A DNA stretch of 63,148 nucleotides, counting the filler, from Collodictyon triciliatum (taxonomy: Eukaryota): NCBI GenBank assembly GCA_043381765.1. It is 16 parts of 16 records of this genome, joined end to end, with 100 filler letters (N's around TTAATTAATTAA, not from the genome) between each part and the next. Parts side by side here need not be neighbours in the genome. Positions count along the whole stretch, not along the records: positions 31,777 to 37,320 come from JBHJMP010006934.1; positions 37,421 to 41,165 come from JBHJMP010006935.1; positions 41,266 to 45,027 come from JBHJMP010006936.1; positions 45,128 to 48,872 come from JBHJMP010006937.1; positions 48,973 to 52,714 come from JBHJMP010006938.1; 11 more parts are not named here. One strand, given 5' to 3'. Positions 36,101 to 49,249 of the stretch are shown here, piece after piece. Position numbers and translations under genes: made by a program. Each line of letters opens with the position of its first letter. Within the stretch, counting starts at the first letter, position 1. The notes beneath the pieces are model-generated. The model did not search any database, was not told where the DNA came from, and saw only the letters and a program-made list of their open reading frames with translations.

Positions 36101-37320
36101 TCTATATTTCTTGATGTTCGAATATTTCCATTCATTTTGTCTAGCTTGCATACATAGCATTCAAATTGACAGAAATCAACAAAATTTGGTCGAATAGCTG
36201 ATATCTGTTTGGAAAACAACGATACCACATCAAAGATTTTGACAGAATTTTGGCTTGAACCATGTTCCACATTGTATCTTCGAACAACAACAGAAATTTT
36301 GTCTGCATGAATACGACAAAGGACCATAAACTCGTTCCCAGAAACCAAATAATTCTCCTTCGTTTCTGCGTTAAAATCAACATTCACATGTATGAGAGCT
36401 GTGTCTTTGAAAAAATCATCTTCATACTGAACTCCGGCTTGTGCCCCTTTTGTCAAACGAAGTGCTTGAATAATGACGTTGCTTTTATCGGAGAGTTGGA
36501 TTTCGCCGTTGGTAATTATTTCTACAAGCATTTCTCCGACACAATGTGTCTCTGGTTTTTCATTCCATAACGCCTTGATGTTTTCGCAATCCCCCATCAG
36601 TGAGGGAAAGGCGATGCATTCTCTGTTGTACTTTATTCCAAGACCGAAATGGTCAAATATTGTAAGAATTGTATTGAATACCTGTTCATCTAGGTCTGTA
36701 TTCAATTCTTGTTTGATTCGGTTTTTTAGCTTGCTCAACAAAATGATGCCATTTGAATTCTTACCGATGCCTTTGAAACTGAAGACACAGCGGAAAATGT
36801 TGATGAGAAAGAGTGGGTCTAAAAAGATACGATCTCTAGCACTCGCAATATTTGAGTACCAAATGATAGAGCCAAGGTCGTGGAGGAATTCAAGAGCACT
36901 ATCACACTGATTTTCATCCATTTTGAGGGGAGCTCTGACAAAATCGTATGTGTCTTGGATACTCTCGTACTTTTTGGATTGTCCTTTTAACGCTAAGTGC
37001 CTCTTCAGTTCAATATATGACTTCGGAACATATTTGTCCATGTTATCAAGCGTCATCATTCCCTCATATATCACTCTTTTCAATTCTGATACATTTGTAC
37101 CGCTTTTGTTGCTTACTTTCAAATCTGTATTGATGAAGATGTGGCGAGTCTCTTCGTTAAATTTCTGCTCATTTTCTTTTTTGATTCTTTCAATTTCCAT
37201 CCGCATCTCCTTGCTATAAGTTTGATTTTCACAATCTTGATGAGTCCCAGCAATTATGATTTTTGAGCCAGGTGCAAAGTCATCAAGCATTTTGACCCAG
37301 CGGCTGAGGTTGTTCTTCTC
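33180..37320 (-). CDS. Roco-family protein: ROC (partial)-COR-kinase-SAM-like-LRR; exons 37320-36018, 35950-34254, 34175-34107, 33981-33430, 33359-33180; both ends incomplete
   Basis: ROC G4/G5 IIIAGTHQD..VSNKSGTNVSEL; COR VPKSYIEL..ALEFLHDLGSIIWY..IFLDPLFL; kinase AKGSFG/HEDLKADN/DFG/APE; nine or more 23-aa LRRs. Confidence 0.88.
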
Positions 37321-37431
37321 NNNNNNNNNNNNNNNNNNNNNNNNNNNNNNNNNNNNNNNNNNNNTTAATTAATTAANNNNNNNNNNNNNNNNNNNNNNNN
37401 NNNNNNNNNNNNNNNNNNNNCACACACACAG

Positions 37432-37479
<48 letters not shown>

Positions 37480-37609
37480 GCCATAGAAATAATTTCACTA
37501 CTACTGTCTTTCGATATTTAGAATATGTTTTATTTCTCGCTCCAAACGGACTGAATGTCCCGTTTTCATCGTGACTATTACATATGAATCTCATATTTTT
37601 ATGATTTAG

Positions 37610-37742
37610 GAAGCAAATACTGCCCCCATTGCGATTGCTTTTGACGGGTTCTGAGGCGGGACCAAGTTTAGTGGACATAGTCAACATCCTTGGCAAAGAG
37701 GAGACACTGCTGCGATTAAAGTCCAAAAATCCCTCATCATAA
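37610..37742 (+). CDS. Glutamyl-tRNA synthetase (bacterial/mitochondrial type) last exon, anticodon-binding domain
   Basis: After an ag acceptor: KQILPPLRLLLTGSEAGPSLVDIVNILGKEETLLRLKSKNPSS* matches PLRxALTG...GPxL...LGKEETLxRL; not in the ORF track. Confidence 0.75.
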
Positions 37743-37858
37743 ATATAAAAAGAACCACGCATCTAAGGATATTCGTGACCACCTGTTCTTCGGAGGAGGG
37801 AAGTCGCCTCTGCCGTGTGCATTAGTAATCGAGCAGACCATTATTCTATCTTTTAAAA

Positions 37859-40800
37859 CTAGAAGGAGTATACCCATCGAAAGTTTGGTAAACCTGGTGC
37901 GCTAGTATCCAGGGTCTCAACACTTTTTCCACAAAGGTCGTGAAGTGGTGAAAGCTCCCAGGAAAGACCCGGCAACCTGTTTTTTAGAGAAAGGTGTATG
38001 CATTTTCGAAGGATTAAAACAATTTTCTTGAGTATATCATTAGCCCTGTTAAAGTCCCTTGTCAAGAATACACTTTGTTTGCTTTCTAAGCGATTGCTTC
38101 ATTTACATATGAGACATCTATACACCTTCTTTAAATTTCCTTTCAGTGTCATACATTCCAGTTCTTTTTCACAGTTGCAGCACATCTTGGATGTTCTAAA
38201 TAATCTACACTAGCGGTTTCAAAACGTTTGGATAGTATTTTTCGTAATCCTTTTCTGATTGTCGACATAAAATGTTTCATCGGATATTTTCTGCTCCAGT
38301 CTCCATACGCCAGTACAACATCCTTGTCAAACACCTTTTCGATTTGGTCCATAAACAACTGTTCACTTCTTTTTGTATTAACATACTGTCTCCATTTCAT
38401 CTTTCGAAAAGTTACATCTTCATAAAATCTGAATAATTCTATCTGGTATTTTTTTCTTCTTTATTCGATGATTCTATCTGGAATCTTGATTTCATAGATA
38501 CACATTTCCGGAATTTTTCATAATCGACCGTGCATGAATTGTGTTTACTCAATTCTGTCTCTAAATCGATTAAGGATACTCTTGGTGTCTCAAACTGCTG
38601 ATTCCCATCAAAAGTCCTGGGCACCAAAAGAAACAGCACTTTGTAAACCTGTTGTCATGCATATCCCTGAAGCATTCTACTTTTCTTTCTTTCTTTCTTG
38701 CGCAAGAGTATTTCGTGATTTAAGATATTTGCTATCATGTCTTCTTTGATGTGCCGTGTAACGTAATTTCTAACTTGTCTCATCCACCATGTAAACAAAA
38801 TTAAACTTGCCTGCGTCCACTCCAACTATTTTTTATTTTTATTTTTTATTTTTTGTCGCTGTTTAAGATAACCGCTCTTCGGAAAGTTCATCTATATGAA
38901 CATATTCTTAGTTTTTTTTTAAATTGGAATTTTGAATTTGAAATACCTTTCTTTCCAAACAATAATGTCACTGCCAAGCCGTCTGTTTGTGTCATGTATT
39001 TAAAATTGTAGTGTCTTTGAAGAAAGACCCTCTTCTTCATTTAAAAATAATCCCAGGGTCTTTTTGCATCCTAATATATTCTTCAGTAATAATGTTTTAC
39101 CATTTGATGCTAATAGATCTATCAAACATGCAGTACCTAGAGTAATATGGCATGGTGTATTGTTAGTTCTTATAGATTGGTTGAAGCAGCTTGTGTCCAA
39201 TGTCCTCAAAAATGCGATTCATGTTAATCAGACATGGAATGTACTTATTTTGATTGAATTTGACGTCATATTCGATACCATTAACAATGTCGCTGGGAAT
39301 AATACGATTCAAACGGAGTATAGCCCATTCTTTATTTTGTTCCGGTATTTCGACATTCTTGAAGATGGCTTTTCTTATCTTTCGTAACTATCCTTTTTAA
39401 CAGCTTCCGTAATATCATCATATTTAGGAACTGTTTGGTTTATAAAGCGCGGTAATCTTTGTACAAAATTTTCCTTTATGTCATTATGATAAGCTGCTAA
39501 CATTTGCTTCACCAAGTTCGGTAATGCTAGAGACTGTCCGACCAACGGAAAGCGTTCTTCTCGGGTCAAAAGGAATCGAAAATCATAGAGATAAAAAGTC
39601 ATCATGTCTTTGCTCATTTCTGATTTTTTGTTTTTAAACTCGCGGGTTTAGCTTTTGAAACTACTCCGACAGTCTTCAAAGTGTACAAAAAAAACATTTC
39701 ATCGGTTGTTGTGAGTTATTACGATTTCAATATATAACGTCTTGCAGACAGATAAGTGTCGGTAACCAAATTATAATGCAATGAAACCGTATCGTTGATT
39801 TTGTCATAGTCATCCGCATTTTTTAAAATCGACTTTAAAGATGTTTTCACATTTCAATTGCCTGGTTCTACAGACCTTAGACTCTCAGACTCAAGACGTT
39901 TTCTTTTCTTCGTCTGAAAGTCTTTGTTTCACTTTTTCCTTTAGAAAACTACCGAGTTTTCAATTTAATAAAACTTTAGTCAATCAGTCAATTTAATAAG
40001 AAAAAAAATAAAAAAAAAACTACACAAAATCAATATATGTATAATTAATCATCCACCGAGACTCTCAAAATATGCACATTGTGGCAAACAAACACACTAA
40101 GTTTTTTAAATGTGATTCGAGACAAAACGCTGAGGGCCGATTCGGTGAGTTCGAAAGGACAGCCGTGTAGCCATTGCGACTGAAAGTCAACGCATCGGCT
40201 CCAAACAACATGATTACTGCCGCAAGTGTGGATACTATGCTTTTTTGAAATGTATGTTTGGTGGCAGGTTTATAGGGTGGGTTCTGTCTGAGCCAAGGCA
40301 AGGGCTTGTTTGTCATTTTTATATTATAACGCGATAATATTGCATTATTGGGAAATAAAATATGAATTGACTAGAGGAATAGAATGAGATTTTGAAGGGT
40401 TTTTAACCTTATTATATACTAATTATACTATTATATTAATCTGGTTCTTTCTTGGATTCATCAAAGCTCCTGCCTTTGTCAATCCAGGTTTAATTCGATG
40501 GTTGTCTGTGCAATAGATTGTTATATATGGTTACACTTTCGTTGTATGAAAAGTGTTGTGGCTTGAAAGCGATAAACCCAAGTTCCTCACAACCTTTGTA
40601 ATGAAGTTTATCCATTTACAGGTTATATGAGACCGAGAAAAACAAAAACAAAAAACAAAAAACAAAAAAAAAGCAAAAGCAAAGAAAGAAAATATTAAAG
40701 GAAAAAGAAAAGATAAAAAGAAAAGGAAAAAAGAAAAGGAAAAGGAAAAGGAAAAGGAAAAGGAAAAAGGAAAAAGGAAAAGGAAAAAGGAAAAGGAAAA

Positions 40801-41007
40801 AGGAAAAGGAAAAAGGAAAAGAAAAAGAAAAAGGAAAAAGGAAAAAGGAAAAGGAAAAGGAAAAAGGAAAAAGGAAAAAGGAAAAGGAAAAAGGAAAAAG
40901 GAACGGATGAATGAAACAGAGAAACTAATACTGTACACTATTTTCATACTTATCTTGGTACTCGTGGGTCGGTGGCTTGAGGTAGAGGCTTTTTTATTCC
41001 TCTTTAT
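37859..41007 (-). mobile_element. Fanzor1-carrying element, copy 2, with Helitron-like 3' end CTAG|T
   Basis: Reverse-complement homologue of 8017-10882, with a ~270-bp pyrimidine-repeat expansion at 40637-40901; 3' end ...TACTCCTTCTAG|T at 37859. Confidence 0.85.
37985..39950 (-). pseudogene. Fanzor1 nuclease pseudogene, copy 2
   Basis: IVGVDAGKFNFVYMVDE (RuvC-I D at 38815-38817), KWRQYVNTKRSEQLFMDQIEKVF..AYGDWS, RuvC-II Glu lost by a frameshift, TRDFNRANDIL. Confidence 0.92.
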
Positions 41008-41574
41008 CATTATTATCATTATTATTATTATCATTATTATTATTATCATTATTATTATTATCATTATTATTATTATCATTATTATTATTATCATTATTAT
41101 TATCATTATTATTATCATTATTATTATCATTATTATTATCATTATTATTATCATTATTATTATCANNNNNNNNNNNNNNNNNNNNNNNNNNNNNNNNNNN
41201 NNNNNNNNNTTAATTAATTAANNNNNNNNNNNNNNNNNNNNNNNNNNNNNNNNNNNNNNNNNNNNAATACAATACAATACAATACAATACAATACAATAC
41301 AATACAATACAATACAATACAATACAATACAATACAATACAATACAATACAATACAATACAATACAATACAATACAATACAATACACACACTTATAAAAA
41401 ATTAAGGCAGAAAAATAATGATACGTGTATTATACCGCGAGATATAGATGGGGTTTCGTGATTTTGTTTTAAAATTTAATCAGACTGATTAATATTTTGC
41501 TTAAACTCTATAGGGTTACATAGGGATATTAGGGCGTGATAATGTTGAACAGGTGAACTACAAAGCTGTTACTG

Positions 41575-42160
41575 CTATCGGGGATTGGAGTTGAATGTAG
41601 TTGTCTTGAACGACTCTGTAAAGTGCGAGATGCTTTGATGCGGACTCATATACGAATCTGTTTTGATTGCATGCTTAAAAGTTGGTGGTGGCTGAACAGC
41701 GATAGTTTCGGATGTCGTGGTCGAATATCTCCTTGCCTCCAGCATGACAGAATTTGGATCCAGAATCAAAGATAACGGGCACTTCACTGTTGCTTGCGCA
41801 TTATGGCTTACAGCTGGGTATATGGTGTCCTGAATCTCTGACAGATCGGCCGAGACACACTCAACATGATTTGGAAAGCTTTGCTTTTGTACAAACGAAA
41901 TGAGCGGTATGTCCATGATTGTTTCGTAGGGTCTTTTCTTTAGGTTTTTGAAGGTGGGGTTGTCTTCACCTCCTTGCGTAGACAGGCGTGATTGGCACTT
42001 TGGACGGTGATGCCAGAGAGTGGATGACCAGAAATAGCCTTCGCAAAAGACACACAATCTCTTGAGGCTGTGCCCACAGTTCTCTTGCGGACAGCGATAA
42101 GTCCCTGTGCTTTCAACCTTTGAGAGTACATACGATTTCCAGTAAGAAGGAAAGAAAAAT
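41575..42160 (-). pseudogene. Unknown zinc-finger-containing ORF with one frameshift, probably mobile-element derived
   Basis: GNRMYSQRLKAQGLIAVRKR..(fs)..LCVFCEGYFWSSTLWHHRPKC. Confidence 0.35.
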
Positions 42161-43114
42161 CATGTCTAGCTGAGTGATAATGAGATCCAATTCTGGTGTA
42201 GCTTGCGACATGAATGTGTAAGTTATATGAGGGAAGTATGTAGAATAAAGGGTTCAATAAAGTGCATACTTGCGGGCCATGTATCTTGCAGAGAAAACGA
42301 GGGATTAAAGGGTGGCCGTGCTCATTCATCGGTGCAGAGTGGATGAAAATCTGGTTGGTTGGCTGGACATTCTTCTGTGAGTCGTGTAGCGAGGTGTCTA
42401 CCTGCGCAGAAACTATCTTGTTTAACAAGTGACTGCGCCGAAAGAATCTGGATTGTATATTAAAAAAACAAGTATCTAATATTTTATACAATACACGCCA
42501 ACTGATTTTTTTTGAGAAAAAACAACAACAAAATAATATGATAGAGCCAAATCAGAGGAAGCAAATAATGTAACACTGGACAAATGATGAAGCCAAAAAG
42601 AAAGAAAAAAAGAAAGGGTTACTAACCTGACAAACTTTCTTGTGGTTTGATATGTGCGTATAGCTGAGATAAACACCACAATTCGGACATAGTTTCTTAA
42701 GTACATTGTTACATCCCTATTTTTGTTGATTACATTTTTGAAACATATTACACATTCTAAATTCATTCCAAAGAAAATGGAATAACCCAATCGTGATGGC
42801 CATGAAACAAAAATAGGTAATAAAAAAATAGAAAAGAAAATAGAAAAGAAAATAGAAAAGAAAATAGAAAAGAAAATAGAAAAGAAAATAGAAAAGAAAA
42901 TAGAAAATAAAATAGAAAATAAAATAGAAAATAAAAATAGAAAATAAAAATAGAAAATAAAAAAAGAAAATAAAAATAGAAAATAAAAATAGAAAATAAA
43001 AATAGAAAATAGAAAATAGAAAATAGAAAATAGAAAATAGAAAATAGAAAATAGAAAATAGAAAATAGAAAATAGAAAATAGAAAATAGAAAATAGAAAA
43101 GAAATAAGAATCTT

Positions 43115-43340
43115 CTGTGGTCCTTCAAGGCAAACCTCCACCGGACAGCGATGCTTATGACCCCCGAAGTTTGTGTGGCCGTGTTCGGTGCAGAGGAATC
43201 TCAGTTTGCCAGCCTTTTGCTCTTCCGCGATCTTCTCGGCCTGATCAACCAGACCCACGTCTCTTGCATACTGCAGCTGCGGACAAGGGCAATACTCGCT
43301 GTGTGATGACTCCATCCGACCCCGTGCTTCAGGAGAATGT
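43115..43340 (+). pseudogene. Possible CACTA/EnSpm transposase fragment
   Basis: WSFKANLHRTAMLMTPEVCVAVF...FASLLLFRDLLGLIN resembles the (W/F)KAxExR..L..P..L region of EnSpm transposases. Confidence 0.25.
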
Positions 43341-43609
43341 AAGTTTATTGGGTGAACAGGCACACGTCCACAAGCGCGGCACAAGGAAACTGTCAAAATA
43401 CGCTTTCGATCCATCAATCGGCGCGTGGATTTTATGAATTTATACCTCCGCAAAAAAGAATTTTTTTTGATTATTCATAAGACACAAAAGACACAAAAGA
43501 CACAAAAGACACAAAAGACACAAAAGACACAAAAGACACAAAAGACACAAAAGACACAAAAGACACAAAAGACACATCAAAATAAAGTATTCGACATAGC
43601 TGCACAGGA

Positions 43610-44349
43610 ATGAACCGCAACGCCAACACCCGCCCTTCTGCAACTGAAGAGGAGGAAGAAGAAGAGGAGGACGAGTGGAACGAGAATGGTGCCTTCTTTC
43701 CTCGAGCCAACCGCGATTCAATCCTTTCTCCACTACACCCCAGGCCTTCTCCTTCTCCTCCTTTCTCATCTTCATTCCTTTTACAACCTTTTCTTTACTC
43801 ACGAACTCCATTTTTCTTCCCTTTCACTCACTGACTCGCTCACTCACTCACTCACTCACTCACTCACTCACTCACTCACTCACTCACTCACTCACTCTTT
43901 CTCTCCTTCTCTCCTTCTCTCCTTCTCCTTCTCACTACTCACTCTATCCCTCCTTCTCTCCTCCTCTCCTTCTCCTCCATCCAGCAACCGTGAAGGAGTC
44001 TGCACTCACAGAGTGGCAGTTCCGCGTGAGCGTCTTGCAGGGCGCAGCGGCGCTTTCCACACAGACCTTCGCCTCATGGGAGCAGGCGCACTCGTATTGG
44101 CTCAAGACGCGCGAGCAGGTCCAAAGCGGACGGAGCGGCTCGTGCTGCGATGTGTTTGAGCGCGACTTCCCGCAGCGCGCGATGCTTCCGCTTCTGATTG
44201 TCGTGGCGATTCAGGACTTGACGGAGGAGCGGCGTTTGTGCGCCACGACCTGCTTCTTCTGCTCTCCCGAGTGCGCCAAACGCGCAGTGGCCGGCTTTGC
44301 CGTCGTCCACCACACTCCGAGTCGCAGAAAAAGCCGCTTTGTTGCCTGA
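43610..44349 (+). CDS. Hypothetical protein with an acidic stretch and an FCSxxC (MYM/TRASH-like) motif; intron about 43689-43984
   Basis: GC-rich exons flanking a pyrimidine-repeat GT..AG intron; ...GSCCD...CFFCSPECAK... Confidence 0.4.
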
Positions 44350-45256
44350 CGAGTTGCTTGGCGTTTTGTTTTCGCTTTTGTTTTGATTTATTGTTTTCAT
44401 TTGATTTTTTTTATTTTATGGATAATGTTTTTTTTTTGTTTTACTTTTGATGCTTCTCTTTTATTCGGCCGAAGCGAATCAGAGCGATGCTGTAAACCAT
44501 AAAACGCACTTGTTTGCTATTCAACAAGAAGTGATTGACGATGTGTGGCGTGTTGCTCAGACTTTTGTTGATTGTTTTTTTCTTATTCTTTTTCTTTTCT
44601 TTTCTTTTCTTTTCTTTTCTTTTCTTCAATGCTGAGTTGCAACTCTGTATGTGATGTATTGGGATAGAAACGCGGTTCTTTGGGTCGAGGCGTGAGAGTA
44701 CTTGCCTCGATATTTCTCAGAGCAGATGGGAAACTCCCAAAGCCGAGGTATCTGATTTTCTTTTCTTTTCCTTTTTGTTTGTTTTCTTTTTCCATCTCTT
44801 TTTGTTCGTTCGTTTGCTCGTTTGTTTGTTTGTTTGTTTGTTTTATTGTTTTTGTTTATTTTTTATTTGTTTATTTGTTTTTTTTACTTGTTTATTGTTT
44901 TTGTTTGTTTGTTTGTTTGTTTGTTTGTTTGTTTGTTTGTTTGTTTGTTTGTTTGTTTGTTTGTTTGTTTGTTTTATTGTTTTTGTTTGTTTGTTTGTTT
45001 ATTTATTTATTTATTTATTTATTTATTNNNNNNNNNNNNNNNNNNNNNNNNNNNNNNNNNNNNNNNNNNNNTTAATTAATTAANNNNNNNNNNNNNNNNN
45101 NNNNNNNNNNNNNNNNNNNNNNNNNNNACAAAAAAACAAAAAAACAAAAAAACAAAAAAACAAAAAAACAAAAAAACAAAAAAACAAAAAAACAAAAAAA
45201 CAAAAAAACAAAAAAACAAAACAAACAAACAAACTGCGAATGCAGACTCTGCTCCA

Positions 45257-47194
45257 ATGTCGAGCCTCTCCGACTTTGTCCGCTCCGCGAAGGACACAGC
45301 CGTCGACTTCTTGCGATCAGTAAGCCTGAAGGACGTCGCGATCGCGTCGGCGGGTGCGGTGGCATCATTTGCTCTGCTGGAGCAACTGCGCCTCAAGAGC
45401 AAGCGCAAGCATCTGCCCGGCCCCAGCTTCACGCCTCCATTCCTGGGCACCATTGTGGACATGGTCAAGCGCCCGTTCCAGTACTACAGCGAGCAGCAGG
45501 AATACGGCCCTCTGTCGTGGAACTGCCTTCTCGGACAGTGCGTAACACGATTCCGTCTTTTTCCTTTTTCTTTTTTCCATTTTCTCGTCTTCTCGTCTTC
45601 TCGTCTTGTCATTTTCTCTACCACATTATCGTGCGGACCGCGCTGACGCCTCGGCCCAACCAGGTTTGTGGTGTTTGTTGCGGACGCGGGGCTGTCCAAG
45701 CGGGTGTTCCAGAACTGCTCGGGGGGCACCAGCGACTACAAGCTGAGCATGACGCTGGGGGGCAACCGGATCTTCGGGCCAAACAACCTGATCTACATGC
45801 CGCAGCGGATCCACAAGGCCGTGCGCTCCCGCTTTGTCTCGCTCTTCACGCGGCGGGCGCTCAAGGTGTATCTTGCGATCCAGGAGCGCGTTGTGCTGCG
45901 GTACCTGCGCGTCTTCACGGACCCGGCGCAGCAGCCGGTGGTTGCGCGGGACATTGCGCGGGCGATGAACATCGAGACGTCCACGGAGGTCTTTGTGGGG
46001 CCGTACGTGACCGACGCGGTGCGGGCCGAGTTTGCGCAGCTCTACTTCTGCATGAACGAGGGCTTCCTTGCGCTGCCGCTCTACTGGCCCGGCACCACGC
46101 TGTGGCGGGCGGTGCGCGCCAAGGACACGCTTGTCCGCATGATCGAGGGCTTTGTCGCGCAGAGCAAGGCCAGGATGGCCACGCCCGGCACGGCCCCGGA
46201 GTGTCTGCTGGACGTGTGGATGGAGGCGGAGGCGGCCCGGGACGAGGCGGCCGAGAGCGAGGAGGACCGCATGCACCGCGACAACCACTCCATCGCCTGC
46301 CTGCTGCTCGACTTCCTCTTTGCCGCGCAGGTCTGTGCCTTTCCCTCTCTTTTTCTCTCTCTCTTTTCTCTCTCTTTTTCTCTCTCTTTTTCTCTCTCTT
46401 TTTCTCTCTCTTTTTCTCTCTCTTTTTCTCTCTCTTTTTCTCTCACTTTTTCTCCCTCTTTTTCTCCCTCTTTTTCTTTCTCACGCGCCTCATGCAACCC
46501 GCCAGGACGCATCGACGTCGTCCGTGGTCTGGGCCGTCACACTGCTGTGCGAACACCCCGACGTGCTGCGCAAGATCCGCGACGAGCAGCTGCGCCTGCG
46601 CCCCGACAACGGGCCCATCGACCCGGACATCTCAGACCAGATGACGTACACGCGGCAGGTGAGGCCCCGCATTCCCCCCGCATTCCCCCCGCATTCCCCC
46701 CGCATTCCCACCCTGTGGGCTGAACGCCGCCCGCCCAGGTCACGCGCGAGATCCTGCGCTTCCGCCCGCCCGCCACGATGGTTCCGCACCAGACGGTCCG
46801 CGACACGCCGCTCACGGCGGACTACACGATCCCGGCGGGGACCATTGTGCTGCCCTCCATCTGGGCCGCACACGCCACAGACTTTGAGGACGCCCGCTCC
46901 TTCAACCCCGACCGCTTTGCAGACCCCCCGAGAGACAGAGACTCCGCCTCTGCCGCCCGCAAGCCCAACGGCGACGCGTACGGCGCAAACTTCCTGGCCT
47001 TCGGCTTCGGCCCGCACATGTGTCCCGGCCGCGAGTACGCCATGAACCACCTGACCATGTTCCTCGCCCTCTTCTCCACAAACGTCTCCCCCGCGCGCGT
47101 CCGCACACCGGCCAGCGACAACATCATCTTCGCCCCGACCATCTACCCGGAGGACGGCTGCATCCTTCACGCCGCGCCTTTTGTCCCCGCATGA
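45257..47194 (+). CDS. ERG5: Cytochrome P450 sterol C-22 desaturase (CYP710/CYP61-type); exons 45257-45537, 45664-46330, 46506-46658, 46739-47194
   Basis: I-helix FLFAAQDASTS is characteristic of CYP710/CYP61; also EILR, FNPDRF and heme motif FGFGPHMCPGREYAMNHL. Confidence 0.92.
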
Positions 47195-47197
47195 CTT

Positions 47198-47312
47198 GCA
47201 CAAGAATCACACAAGAATCACACAAGAATCACACAAGAATCACACAAGAATCACACATGAATCACACATGAATCACACAAGAATCACACACGAATCACAC
47301 ATGAATCACACA
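47198..47312. repeat. 11-bp tandem minisatellite (CACAAGAATCA)n
   Basis: About 10 near-identical units between the CYP stop and the D2HGDH start. Confidence 0.95.
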
Positions 47313-47382
47313 CGAATAAACGCTACCTTATTGCTTCCTCTTCCGCTTGTGCCTCGCCTCGCACACGCAGAGTCCCACACAC

Positions 47383-48739
47383 ATGCAGCGCCTCCCGGCT
47401 ACGCAAGCGCTGCCGATCCACCGCACAGCCCGCTCCGTCTCCTCCGCGACTCGCGACTTTGCAGAGGCCGCCTGCATTCGCCGAGACGCGCGCTTTGCCG
47501 CGGTGCGTCCTGCTCTCCTTCCCACCTCCTCTCAAACGGTCCCTCTCTCCTCCTGCTCTCAAACGCGCCCCTCTTGTCGGCTGCAGGTCGCAGACTCGGA
47601 CGTGGGCTTCTTCCGCCGTCTGCTGGCTTCCGAGAACGGGCTGTTGGTTGGTGCGTGCGCCGCTCTGTCCTGTGCCTTTCGTGATTCGTAGAACCGCAGC
47701 CCTTTTGCTTACTCGCCGCACTCTCCGTGCTTCTTGCCCTCCAGGGAAAGCAAACGTGGGCGGCTTGAACATAGACTACATGAAAAGATTCCACGGACAA
47801 AGTAGCCTTGCTTTGAGGCCGACAAACACACGCCAGGTGGCAGACATTCTTCGATTCTGTAACGAGCGCAGGTGATATACATAGTCTCAAATACTCATTC
47901 GCCTGCTTCCCCTCTCATCATGGACTGGCTCCTTCTTTCTGTCGGACTACATCCATTGTCTTCCGCCGGCCCAAGTTCTATTTTTTTCTTTTCTTTCTTA
48001 CTTTTTTTCTTTAAACATTTAGCTAGTTAAAGCCCCACCTCCAATTCGATGTCCCTGCATGGGTCATATTTCGCACTCATTTCATTTTTCAATCAAAACT
48101 GCAGATTGGCTGTCGTCCCCCAAGGTGGGAATACAGGCTTGGTCGGTGGCAGTGTCCCGGTGCATGACGAAATCATCCTCTCAACCAGTTTGATGAACAA
48201 GATTGAATCTTTTGATCCCACCACCGGAATACTCATATGTCAAGTAATCTTTTCATTCAACATACCCAGGCAAAAAAATCTTTTATCTTTTCGTTTCTTA
48301 TTTATGATATCTTATTGTTTCTATTCTTCTTTCAATCGCATCTATTTTTTCAACAAACTAGCAAACGAATAGATATGCGATATCAGCAGTGCGTTTATCA
48401 ACACATCTTAACTCTTACCATTGTCCCAATAGGCGGGGTGCATACTACAGCATCTTATAGACTTTGCACAGCAGCATAACTGCATAGTTCCGTTAGATTT
48501 AGGTGCCAAAGGGAGGTATTATAGCCATTCATATGGTCCCTTTAATTTCGGGGGAAAAAATGATGAACCCACTCTCAGATACATACGCGCACAGCGTTTT
48601 TGATTCAAAGACTGACAGAGTGGAACAAAATTATGTAAACTTTGTCAGCTGTCAGATAGGTGGAAACTTAGCTACAAATGCGGGTGGTTTGCGATTCATG
48701 AAATATGGCTCTTTGCGCCAAAATGTCCTCGGCATAGAG
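47383..48739 (+). CDS. D2HGDH: D-2-hydroxyglutarate dehydrogenase (FAD-linked oxidase), N-terminal exons, 3' off contig
   Basis: [78 protein letters not shown]-terminus looks like a mitochondrial presequence. Confidence 0.92.
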
Positions 48740-48772
48740 GTTACACGAGTTTCGCATTTCCCTAATATTTAT

Positions 48773-48872
<100 letters not shown>

Positions 48873-49249
48873 NNNNNNNNNNNNNNNNNNNNNNNNNNNN
48901 NNNNNNNNNNNNNNNNTTAATTAATTAANNNNNNNNNNNNNNNNNNNNNNNNNNNNNNNNNNNNNNNNNNNNTCTCACTCTCTCACTCTCTCACTCTCTC
49001 ACTCTCTCACTCTCTCACTCTCTCACTCTCTCACTCTCTCACTCTCTCACTCTCTCACTCTCTAAAATAACCATCCATCAGCCATTTTCGCTTTTTAGCA
49101 AATGGGGATGTGACTGTGATTAGATTGCACGATGAGTTTCAAAGAGATTTATGAAAGAATAAAACAGAAGAATAACAGATGATTTCCTATTAAAGCCTCT
49201 ATCAAAAATACTTGTAAATCATCTGTCAATTCTAGATATTTCACATCCA

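Noticed and set aside
45626-47203. Long antisense and alternate-frame ORFs over the CYP gene (similarly 17311-18324 over the kinase)
   Set aside because: Shadow ORFs caused by high GC3; no recognisable motifs
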